64,000 bases of DNA from Eledone cirrhosa. Taxonomy: Eukaryota. A program made the translations under genes and the position numbers. The stretch lies in the NCBI GenBank assembly GCA_964016885.1, contig OZ024750.1, positions 41,044,001 through 41,108,000 on the forward strand, given 5' to 3'. Of the stretch, positions 53,301 through 64,000 are shown in pieces. The stretch's first letter is position 1. The number at the start of each line of letters is the position of its first letter. A model generated the notes under the pieces. The model ran no database searches. It saw only the letters and a list, made by a program, of their open reading frames with translations, and was not told the origin of the DNA.

Positions 53301-56300
53301 TCAAATTGCTAAGACCGTCAAAGGTGGTAAGACCTAACCTCAAATTGCTAAGACTGGCAGAAGTGATAAGAGCTAACCTCAAATTGCTAAGACTGGCAGA
53401 TGTGGTAAGATCTAACCTCAAATTGCTAAGACTGGCAGAGGAGGTAAGACCTAACCTCAAATTGCTAAGACTGGCAGAAGTGGTAAGACCTAACCTCAAG
53501 TTGCTAAGACTGGCAGAAGTGGTAAGACCTAACCTCAAATTGCTAAGACTGGCAGAAGTGGTAAGACCTAACCTCAAATTGCTAAGACTGACAGAAGTGG
53601 TAAGACCTAACCTCAAATTGCTAAGACTGGCAGAGGTGGTAAGACCTAACCTCAAATTGCTAAGACTGGCAGAGGTGGTAAGAACTAACCTCAAATTGCT
53701 AAGACTGGCAGAGGTGGTAAGACCTAACCTAAAATTGCTAAGACTGGCAGAAGTGGTAAGACCTAACCTCAACTTGCTAAGACTGGCAGAGGTGGTAAGA
53801 CCTAACCTTAAATTGCTAAGACTGGCAGAAGTGGTAAGACCTAACCTCAAATTGCTAAGACTGACAGAAGTGGTAAGACCTAACCTCAAATTGCTAAGAC
53901 TGGCAGAGGTGGTAAGACCTAACCTCAAATTGCTAAGACTGGCAGAGGTGGTAAGACCTAATCTCAAATTGCTAAGACTGGCAGAGTTAGTAAGACCTAA
54001 CCTCAAATTGCTAAGACCGGCAAAGGTGGTAAGACCTAACCTCAAATTGCTAAGACCGGCAAAGGTGGTAAGACCTAACCTCAAATTGCTAAGACTGGCA
54101 GAAGTGATAAGAGCTAACCTCAAATTGCTAAGACTGGCAGCTGTGGTAAGACCTAACCTCAAATTGCTAAGACTGGCAGAGGATGTAAGACCTAACCTCA
54201 AATTGTTAAGACTGGCAGAAGTGATAAGACCAAACCTCAAATTGCTAAGACTGGCAGAGGTGGTAAGACCAAACCTCAAATTGCTAAGACTGGCAGAAGT
54301 GGTAAGACCTAACCTCAAATTATTAAGACTGGCAGAAGTGGTAAGACCTAACCTCAAATTGCTAAGACTGGCAGAAGTGGTAAGACCTAACCTCAAATTG
54401 CTAAGACTGACAGAAGTGGTAAGACCTAACCTCAAATTGCTAAGACTGGCAGAGGTGGTAAGACCTAACCTCAATTTGCTAAGACTGGCAGAAGTGGTAA
54501 GACCTAACCTCAAATTGCTAAGACTGTCAGAGGTGGTAAGACCTAACATCAAATTGCTAAGACTGACAGAAGTGGTAAGACCTAACCTCAAATTGCTAAG
54601 ACTGGCAGAGGTGGTAAGACCTAACCTCAAATTGCTAAGACTGGCAGAGGTGGTAAGACCTAACCTCAAATTGCTAAGACTGGCAGAGGTGGTAAGACCT
54701 AACCTCAAATTGCTAAGACTGGCAGAGTTGGTAAGACCTAACCTCAAATTGCTAAGACCGTCAAAGGTGGTAAGACCTAACCTCAAATTGCTAAGACTGG
54801 CAGAAGTGATAAGAGCTAACCTCAAATTGCTAAGACTGGCAGATGTGGTAAGATCTAACCTCAAATTGCTAAGACTGGCAGAGGAGGTAAGACCTAACCT
54901 CAAATTGCTAAGACTGGCAGAAGTGGTAAGACCTAACCTCAAGTTGCTAAGACTGGCAGAAGTGGTAAGACCTAACCTCAAATTGCTAAGACTGGCAGAA
55001 GTGGTAAGACCTAACCTCAAATTGCTAAGACTGAGAGAAGTGGTAAGACCTAACCTCAAATTGCTAAGACTGGCAGAGGTGGTAAGACCTAACCTCAAAT
55101 TGCTAAGACTGGCAGAAGTGGTAAGACCTAACCTCAAATTGCTAAGACTGTCAGAGGTGGTAAGACCTAACATCAAATTGCTAAGACTGACAGAAGTGGT
55201 AAGACCTAACCTCAAATTGCTAAGACTGGCAGAGGTGGTAAGACCTAACCTCAAATTGCTAAGACTGGCAGAGGTGGTAAGACCTAACCTTAAATTGCTA
55301 AGACTGGCAGAAGTGGTAAGACCTAACCTCAAATTGCTAAGACTGACAGAAGTGGTAAGACCTAACCTCAAATTGCTAAGACTGACAGAAGTGGTAAGAC
55401 CTAACCTCAAATTGCTAAGACTGGCAGAGGTGGTAAGACCTAACCTCAAATTGCTAAGACTGGCAGAGGTGGTAAGACCTAATCTCAAATTGCTAAGACT
55501 GGCAGAGTTGGTAAGACCTAACCTCAAATTGCTAAGACCGGCAAAGGTGGTAAGACCTAACCTCAAATTGCTAAGACCGGCAAAGGTGGTAAGACCTAAC
55601 CTCAAATTGCTAAGACTGGCAGAAGTGATAAGAGCTAACCTCAAATTGCTAAGACTGTCAGAGGATGTAAGACCTAACCTCAAATTGTTAAGACTGGCAG
55701 AAGTGATAAGACCAAACCTCAAATTGCTAAGACTGGCAGAGGTGGTAAGACCAAACCTCAAATTGCTAAGACTGGCAGAAGTGGTAAGACCTAACCTCAA
55801 GTTATTAAGACTGGCAGAAGTGGTAAGACCTAACCTCAAATTGCTAAGACTGGCAGAAGTGGTAAGACCTAACCTCAAATTGCTAAGACTGACAGAAGTG
55901 GTAAGACCTAACCTCAAATTGCTAAGACTGGCAGAGGTGGTAAGACCTAACCTCAAATTGCTAAGACTGGCAGAAGTGGTAAGACCTAACCTCAAATTGC
56001 TAAGACTGTCAGAGGTGGTAAGACCTAACATCAAATTGCTAAGACTGACAGAAGTGGTAAGACCTAACCTCAAATTGCTAAGACTGGCAGAGGTGGTAAG
56101 ACCTAACCTCAAATTGCTAAGACTGGCAGAGGTGGTAAGACCTAACCTCAAATTGCTAAGACTGGCAGAGGTGGTAAGACCTAACCTCAAATTGCTAAGA
56201 CTGGCAGAGTTGGTAAGACCTAACCTCAAATTGCTAAGACCGTCAAAGGTGGTAAGACCTAACCTCAAATTGCTAAGACTGGCAGAAGTGATAAGAGCTA

Positions 56301-57659
56301 ACCTCAAATTGCTAAGACTGGCAGATGTGGTAAGATCTAACCTCAAATTGCTAAGACTGGCAGAGGAGGTAAGACCTAACCTCAAATTGATAAGACTGGC
56401 AGAAGTGGTAAGACCTAACCTCAAGTTGCTAAGACTGGCAGAAGTGGTAAGACCTAACCTCAAATTGCTAAGACTGGCAGAAGTGGTAAGACCTAACCTC
56501 AAATTGCTAAGACTGACAGAAGTGGTAAGACCTAACCTCAAATTGCTAAGACTGGCAGAGGTGGTAAGACCTAACCTCAAATTGCTAAGACTGGCAGAGG
56601 TGGTAAGACCTAACCTCAAATTGCTAAGACTGGCAGAGGTGGTAAACCTAACCTAAAATTGCTAAGACTGGCAGAAGTGGTAAGACCTAACCTCAACTTG
56701 CTAAGACTGGCAGAGGTGGTAAGACCTAACCTTAAATTGCTAAGACTGGCAGAAGTGGTAAGACCTAACCTCAAATTGCTAAGACTGGCAGAAGTGGTAA
56801 AACCTATCCTCAAATTGCTAAGACTGGCAGAAGTGGTAAGACCTAACCTCAAATTGCTAAGACTGACAGAAGTGGTAAGACCTAACCTCAAATTGCTAAG
56901 ACTGGCAGAGGTGGTAAGACCTAACCTCAAATTGCTAAGACTGGCAGAGGTGGTAAGACCTAATCTCAAATTGCTAAGACTGGCAGAGTTGGTAAGACCT
57001 AACCTCAAATTGCTAAGACCGGCAAAGGTGGTAAGACCTAACCTCAAATTGCTAAGACTGGCAGAAGTGATAAGAGCTAACCTCAAATTGCTAAGACTGG
57101 CAGCTGTGGTAAGACCTAACCTCAAATTGCTAAGACTGGCAGAGGAGGTAAGACCTAACCTCAAATTGCTAAGACTGGCAGAAGTGGTAAGACCTAACCT
57201 CAAGTTGCTAAGACTGGCAGAAGTGGTAAGACCTAACCTCAAATTGCTAAGACTGGCAGAAGTGGTAAGACCTAACCTCAAATTGCTAAGACTGGCAGAA
57301 GTGGTAAGACCTAACCTCAAATTGCTAAGACTGGCAGAGGTGGTAAGACCTAACCTCAAATTGCTAAGACTGGCAGAGGTGGTAAGACCTAACCTCAAAT
57401 TGCTAAGACTGGCAGAGGTGGTAAGACCTAACCTCAAATTGTTAAGACTGGCAGAAGTGATAAGACCAAACCTCAAATTGCTAAGACTGGCAGAAGTGGT
57501 AAGACCTAACCTCAAATTGTTAAGACTGGCAGAGGTGGTAAGACCTAACCTCAAATTGCTAAGACTGACAGAAGTGGTAAGACCTAACCTCAAATTGCTA
57601 AGACTGTCAGAGGTGGTAAGACCTAACCTTAAATTGCTAAGACTGGCAGAAGTGGTAAG

Positions 57660-60250
57660 ACCTAACCTCAAATTGCTAAGACTGGCTGAAGTGGTAAAAC
57701 CTAACCTCAAATTGCTAAGACTGGCAGAAGTGGTAAGACCTAACCTCAAATTGCTAAGACCGGCAAAGGTGGTAAGACCTAACCTCAAATTGCTAAGACC
57801 GGCAAAGGTGGTAAGACCTAACCTCAAATTACTAAGACTGGCAGAAGTGATAAGAGCTAACCTCAAATTGCTAAGACTGGCAGATGTGGTAAGACCTAAC
57901 CTCAAATTGCTAAGACTGGCAGAGGAGGTAAGACCTAGCCTCAAATTGCTAAGACTGGCAGAAGTGGTAAGACCTAACCTCAAATTACTAAGACTGGCAG
58001 AAGTGGTAAGACCTAACCTCAAATTGCTAAGACTGGCAGAAGTGATAAGAGCTAACCTCAAATTGCTAAGACTGGCAGATGTGGTAAGATCTAACCTCAA
58101 ATTGTTAAGACTGGCAGAAGTGATAAGACCAAACCTCAAATTGCTAAGACTGGCAGAGGTGGTAAGACCAAACCTCAAATTGCTAAGACTGGCAGAAGTG
58201 GTAAGACCTAACCTCAAATTATTAAGACTGGCAGAAGTGGTAAGACCTAACTTCAAATTGCTAAGATTGGCAGAAGTGGTAAGACCTAACCTCAAATTGC
58301 TAAGACTGACAGAAGTGGTAAGACCTAACCTCAAATTGCTAAGACTGGCAGAGGTGGTAAGACCTAACCTCAAATTGCTAAGACTGGCAGAAGTGGTAAG
58401 ACCTAACCTCAAATTGCTAAGACTGGCAGAGGTGGTAAGACCTAACATCAAATTGCTAAGACTGACAGAAGTGGTAAGACCTAACCTCAAATTGCTAAGA
58501 CTGGCAGAGGTGGTAAGACCTAACCTCAAATTGCTAAGACTGGCAGAGGTGGTAAGACCTAACCTCAAATTACTAAGACTGGCAGAAGTGGTAAGACCTA
58601 ACCTCAAATTGCTAAGACTGGCAGAAGTGATAAGAGCTAACCTCAAATTGCTAAGACTGGCAGATGTGGTAAGATCTAACCTCAAATTGTTAAGACTGGC
58701 AGAAGTGATAAGACCAAACCTCAAATTGCTAAGACTGGCAGAGGTGGTAAGACCAAACCTCAAATTGCTAAGACTGGCAGAAGTGGTAAGACCTAACCTC
58801 AAATTATTAAGACTGGCAGAAGTGGTAAGACCTAACCTCAAATTGCTAAGACTGGCAGAAGTGGTAAGACCTAACCTCAAATTGCTAAGACTGACAGAAG
58901 TGGTAAGACCTAACCTCAAATTGCTAAGACTGGCAGAGGTGGTAAGACCTAACCTCAAATTGCTAAGACTGGCAGAAGTGGTAAGACCTAACCTCAAATT
59001 GCTAAGACTGGCAGAGGTGGTAAGACCTAACATCAAATTGCTAAGACTGACAGAAGTGGTAAGACCTAACCTCAAATTGCTAAGACTGGCAGAGGTGGTA
59101 AGACCTAACCTCAAATTGCTAAGACTGGCAGAGGTGGTAAGACCTAACCTCAAATTGTTAAGACTGGCAGAAGTGATAAGACCAAACCTCAAATTGCTAA
59201 GACTGGCAGAAGTGGTAAGACCTAACCTCAAATTGTTAAGACTGGCAGAAGTGGTAAGACCTAACCTCAAATTGCTAAGACTGACAGAAGTGGTAAGACC
59301 TAACCTCAAATTGCTAAGACTGGCAGAGGTGGTAAGACCTAACCTCAAATTGCTAAGACTGGCAGAAGTGGTAAGTCCTAACCTCAAATTATTAAGACTG
59401 GCAGAAGTGGTAAGACCTAACCTCAAATTGCTAAGACTGGCTGAAGTGGTAAAACCTAACCTCAAATTGCTAAGACTGGCAGAAGTGGTAAGACCTAACC
59501 TCAAATTGCTAAGACCGGCAAAGGTGGTAAGACCTAACCTCAAATTGCTAAGACCGGCAAAGGTGGTAAGACCTAACCTCAAATTACTAAGACTGGCAGA
59601 AGTGATAAGAGCTAACTTCAAATTGCTAAGACTGGCAGATGTGGCAAGACCTAACCTCAAATTGCTAAGACTGGCAGAGGAGGTAAGACCTAGCCTCAAA
59701 TTGCTAAGACTGGCAGAAGTGGTAAGACCTAACCTCAAATTACTAAGACTGGCAGAAGTGGTAAGACCTAACCTCAAATTGCTAAGACTGGCAGAAGTGA
59801 TAAGAGCTAACCTCAAATTGCTAAGACTGGCAGATGTGGTAAGATCTAACCTCAAATTGTTAAGACTGGCAGAAGTGATAAGACCAAACCTCAAATTGCT
59901 AAGACTGGCAGAGGTGGTAAGACCAAACCTCAAATTGCTAAGACTGGCAGAAGTGGTAAGACCTAACCTCAAATTATTAAGACTGGCAGAAGTGGTAAGA
60001 CCTAACCTCAAATTGCTAAGACTGGCAGAAGTGGTAAGACCTAACCTCAAATTGCTAAGACTGACAGAAGTGGTAAGACCTAACCTCAAATTGCTAAGAC
60101 TGGCAGAGGTGGTAAGACCTAACCTCAAATTGCTAAGACTGGCAGAAGTGGTAAGACCTAACCTCAAATTGCTAAGACTGGCAGAGGTGGTAAGACCTAA
60201 CATCAAATTGCTAAGACTGACAGAAGTGGTAAGACCTAACCTCAAATTGC
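57660..60250. repeat. 45-monomer (1755 bp) offset duplication with a nested 15-monomer (585 bp) duplication
   Basis: actggctgaa 57681/59436, cctagcc 57934/59689, ttacta 57985/58570. Confidence 0.83.
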
Positions 60251-63200
60251 TAAGACTGGCAGAGGTGGTAAGACCTAACCTCAAATTGCTAAGACTGGCA
60301 GAGGTGGTAAGACCTAACCTCAAATTGCTAAGACTGGCAGAGGTGGTAAGACCTAACCTCAAATTGCTAAGACTGGCAGAGTTGGTAAGACCTAACCTCA
60401 AATTGCTAAGACCGTCAAAGGTGGTAAGACCTAACCTCAAATTGCTAAGACTGGCAGAAGTGATAAGAGCTAACCACAAATTGCTAAGACTGGCAGATGT
60501 GGTAAGACCTAACCTCAAATTGCTAAGACTGACAGAAGTGGTAAGACCTAACCTCAAATTGCTAAGACTGGCAGAGGTGGTAAGACCTAACCTCAAATTG
60601 CTAAGACTGGCAGAAGTGGTAAGACCTAACCTCAAATTGCTAAGACTGGCAGAGGTGGTAAGACCTAACATCAAATTGCTAAGACTGACAGAAGTGGTAA
60701 GACCTAACCTCAAATTGCTAAGACTGGCAGAGGTGGTAAGACCTAACCTCAAATTGCTAAGACTGGCAGAGGTGGTAAGACCTAACCTCAAATTGCTAAG
60801 ACTGGCAGAGGTGGTAAGACCTAACCTCAAATTGCTAAGACTGGCAGAGTTGGTAAGACCTAACCTCAAATTGCTAAGACTGGCAGAGGTGGTAAGACCT
60901 AACCTCAAATTGCTAAGACTGGCAGAGGTGGTAAGACCTAACCTCAAATTGCTAAGACTGGCAGAGGTGGTAAGACCTAACATCAAATTGCTAAGACTGA
61001 CAGAAGTGGTAAGACCTAACCTCAAATTGCTAAGACTGGCAGAGGTGGTAAGACCTAACCTCAAATTGCTAAGACTGGCAGAGTTGGTAAGACCTAACCT
61101 CAAATTGCTAAGACTGGCAGAAGTGATAAGGGATAACCTCAAATTGCTAAGACTGGCAGATGTGGTAAGATCTAACCTCAAATTGCTAAGACTGGCAGAG
61201 GAGGTAAGACCTAACCTCAAATTGCTAAGACTGGCAGAAGTGGTAAGACCTAACCTCAAATTGCTAAGACTGGCAGAAGTGGTAAGACCTAACCTCAAAT
61301 TGCTAAGACTGGCAGAAGTGGTAAGACCTAACCTCAAATTGCTAAGACTGACAGAAGTGGTAAGACCTAACCTCAAATTGCTAAGACTGGCAGAGGTGGT
61401 AAGACCTAACCTCAAATTGCTAAGACTGGCAGAGGTGGTAAGACCTAACCTCAAATTGCTAAGACTGGCAGAGGTGGTAAGACCTAACCTAAAATTGCTA
61501 AGACTGGCAGAAGTGGTAAGACCTAACCTCAAATTGCTAAGACTGGCAGAGGTGGTAAATCCGAACCTCAAATTGCTAAGACCGGCAAAGGTGGTAAGAC
61601 CTAACCTCAAATTGCTAAGACTGGCAGAAGTGATAAGAGCTAACCTCAAATTGCTAAGACTGGCAGCTGTGGTAAGACCTAACCTCAAATTGCTAAGACT
61701 GGCAGAGGAGGTAAGACCTAACCTCAAATTGCTAAGACTGGCAGAAGTGGTAAGACCTAACCTCAAATTGCTAAGACTGGCAGAAGTGGTAAGACCTAAC
61801 CTCAAATTGCTAAGACTGGCAGAGGTGGTAAGACCTAACCTCAAATTGCTAAGACTGGCAGAGGTGGTAAGACCTAACCTCAAATTGCTAAGACTGGCAG
61901 AGGTGGTAAGACCTAACCTCAAATTGTTAAGACTGGCAGAAGTAATAAGACCAAACCTCAAATTGCTAAGACTGGCAGAAGTGGTAAGACCTAACCTCAA
62001 ATTGTTAAGACTGGCAGAGGTGGTAAGACCTAACCTCAAATTGCTAAGACTGACAGAAGTGGTAAGACCTAACCTCAAATTGCTAAGACTGGCAGAGGTG
62101 GTAAGACCTAACCTCAAATTGCTAAGACTGGCAGAAGTGGTAAGACCTAACCTCAAATTACTAAGACTGGCTGAAGTGGTAAAACCTAACCTCAAATTGC
62201 TAAGACTGGCAGAAGTGGTAAGACCTAACCTCAAATTGCTAAGACTGACAGAAGTGGTAAGACCTAACCTCAAATTGCTAAGACTGGCAGAGGTGGTAAG
62301 ACCTAACCTCAAATTGCTAAGACTGGCAGAGTTGGTAAGACCTAACCTCAAATTGCTAAGACCGTCAAAGGTGGTAAGACCTAACCTCAAATTGCTAAGA
62401 CCGGCAAAGGTGGTAAGACCTAACCTCAAATTACTAAGACTGGCAGAAGTGATAAGAGCTAACCTCAAATTGCTAAGACTGGCAGATGTGGTAAGACCTA
62501 ACCTCAAATTGCTAAGACTGGCAGAGGAGGTAAGACCTAACCTCAAATTGCTAAGACTGGCAGAAGTGGTAAGACCTAACCTCAAATTGCTAAGACTGGC
62601 AGAAGTGGTAAGACCTAACCTCAAATTGCTAAGACTGGCAGAAGTGATAAGAGCTAACCTCAAATTGCTAAGACTGGCAGATGTGGTAAGACCTAACCTC
62701 AAATTGTTAAGACTGGCAGAAGTGATAAGACCAAACCTCAAATTGCTAAGACTGGCAGAGGTGGTAAGACCAAACCTCAAATTGCTAAGACTGGCAGAAG
62801 TGGTAAGTCCTAACCTCAAATTATTAAGACTGGCAGAAGTGGTAAGACCTAACCTCAAATTGCTAAGACTGGCAGAAGTGGTAAGACCTAACCTCAAATT
62901 GCTAAGACTGACAGAAGTGGTAAGACCTAACCTCAAATTGCTAAGACTGGCAGAGGTGGTAAGACCTAACCTCAAATTGCTAAGACTGGCAGAAGTGGTA
63001 AGACCTAACCTCAAATTGCTAAGACTGGCAGATGTGGTAAGACCTAACCTCAAATTGTTAAGACTGGCAGAGGTGATAAGACCAAACCTCAAATTGCTAA
63101 GACTGGCAGAGGTGGTAAGACCTAACCTCAAATTATTAAGACTGGCAGAAGTGGTAAGACCTAACCTCAAATTGCTAAGACTGGCAGAAGTGGTAAGACC

Positions 63201-64000
63201 TAACCTCAAATTATTAAGACTGACAGAAGTGGTAAGACCTAACCTCAAATTGCTAAGACTGGCAGAAGTGATAAGAGCTAACCTCAAATTGCTAAGACTG
63301 GCAGAGTTGGTAAGACCTAACCTCAAATTGCTAAGACTGACAGAAGTGGTAAGACCTAACCTCAAATTGCTAAGACTGGCAGAGGTGGTAAGACCTAACC
63401 TCAAATTGCTAAGACTGGCAGAGGTGGTAAGACCTAACCTCAAATTGCTAAGACTGGCAGAGTTGGTAAGACCTAACCTCAAATTGCTAAGACCGTCAAA
63501 GGTGGTAAGACCTAACCTCAAATTGCTAAGACTGGCAGAAGTGATAAGAGCTAACCTCAAATTGCTAAGACTGGCAGATGTGGTAAGATCTAACCTCAAA
63601 TTGCTAAGACTGGCAGAGGAGGTAAGACCTAACCTCAAATTGCTAAGACTGGCAGAAGTGGTAAGACCTAACCTCAAATTGCTAAGACTGGCAGAAGTGG
63701 TAAGACCTAACCTCAAATTGCTAAGACTGGCAGAGGTGGTAAGACCTAACCTAAAATTGCTAAGACTGGCAGAAGTGGTAAGACCTAACCTCAACTTGCT
63801 AAGACTGGCAGAGGTGGTAAGACCTAACCTTAAATTGCTAAGACTGGCAGAAGTGGTAAGACCTAACCTCAAATTGCTAAGACTGGCAGAAGTGGTAAAA
63901 CCTATCCTCAAATTGCTAAGACTGGCAGAAGTGGTAAGACCTAACCTCAAATTGCTAAGACTGACAGAAGTGGTAAGACCTAACCTCAAATTGCTAAGAC

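Larger units (their letters stand above)
24814..54430. repeat. Large segmental duplication: ~24814-34780 repeated at ~44347-54430 (offset ~19.6 kb, 501-504 monomers)
   Basis: Unique variants pair at offset 19610: tgacacaagt 27661/47271, aggatgtaac 29851/49461, cctaaccgca 31851/51461, gcctaacctc 32201/51811. The offset becomes 19649 later (aagaac 34031/53680). Confidence 0.92.
1..63989 (-). other. Repeat-derived antisense open frame (LTTSASLSNLRLG)n, probably non-coding
   Basis: Same cause as the plus-strand frame. It is broken by recurrent cctcacc/ccttacc alleles (TGA/TAA on the minus strand) that have been amplified by duplication. Confidence is for being a real CDS. Confidence 0.05.
8..63999 (+). 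other. Repeat-derived open frame (LLRLAEVVRPNLK)n, probably non-coding
   Basis: The monomer length is divisible by 3 and this frame has no stop in the consensus. It is broken by stops at 7709-7711, 10601-10603 and 11636-11638 and by nine frameshifting deletions. The listed starts are internal TTG/GTG codons, and there is no unique N- or C-terminal sequence. Confidence is for being a real CDS. Confidence 0.08.
1..64000. repeat. 39-bp tandem satellite array, ~1641 head-to-tail monomers, consensus CCTAACCTCAAATTGCTAAGACTGGCAGA(A/G)GTGGTAAGA
   Basis: Every line consists of this monomer with mostly 0-3 substitutions per copy. The 39-bp phase is kept end to end apart from seven 2-bp and two 1-bp deletions. 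There is no orientation switch and no foreign sequence. Confidence 0.99.

Noticed and set aside
56641-56650. 1-bp deletion (ggtaaaccta) near the core/flank transition
   Set aside because: It is a singleton that may be a consensus error. Its position near the transition could be coincidence.
8-63989. Giant protein-coding genes from the ORF track (up to 3981 aa)
   Set aside because: They are pure 13-aa repeats produced by a 3n monomer. The 'M' starts are internal TTG/GTG codons, the ORF ends coincide with satellite variants, and frameshift and stop alleles have been duplicated freely.
1-64000. CRISPR array (repeat length in the CRISPR range)
   Set aside because: Monomers abut directly with no unique spacers, and there is no leader or cas gene. 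Variation consists of point substitutions only.
1-64000. True telomerase-synthesised telomere or G-quadruplex array
   Set aside because: There are no runs of pure short telomeric repeat and the consensus has only GG doublets. Variants are inherited in long duplicated blocks, which indicates recombinational amplification rather than templated addition.
1-64000. Rolling-circle/concatemer sequencing artefact or synthetic construct
   Set aside because: Hierarchical, nested sharing of variants at many different offsets fits evolutionary history rather than repeated reading of one template. Individual large duplications still need read validation.
1-64000. Embedded transposon, tRNA/rRNA, promoter or inversion
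   Set aside because: No non-monomer sequence or strand switch was seen, and the end-to-end phase arithmetic leaves no room for an insertion other than whole multiples of 39 bp.

Overview
The whole 64 kb window is one uninterrupted head-to-tail tandem array of a 39-bp monomer, consensus CCTAACCTCAAATTGCTAAGACTGGCAGA(A/G)GTGGTAAGA, at about 44-46% GC and about 1641 copies. The phase check supports this: TTG at 8 to TTG at 63991 is 63983 bp, and adding the 16 deleted bases gives exactly 1641x39. I see no unique sequence, genes, RNA genes, transposon insertions, inversions or CRISPR spacers, and both ends run off the window. It looks like eukaryotic satellite DNA (centromeric, pericentromeric or subtelomeric), but I cannot identify the organism or family. 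The giant ORFs on both strands follow from a 3n monomer that has no stop in one frame per strand, and are probably not genes. The real information is in the variant monomers. They record nested block duplications with offsets from 15 to about 503 monomers, a 37-bp deletion monomer that marks an emerging ~3.8-kb higher-order repeat, and a layered layout with a younger core (~15-56 kb) between two flanks that resemble each other. The monomer contains a telomere-like CCTAACCT (TTAGG) motif, an internal 18+21 bp sub-repeat, a small allele-dependent dyad and splice-signal-like motifs, whose function is speculative. I cannot support a new gene system here.
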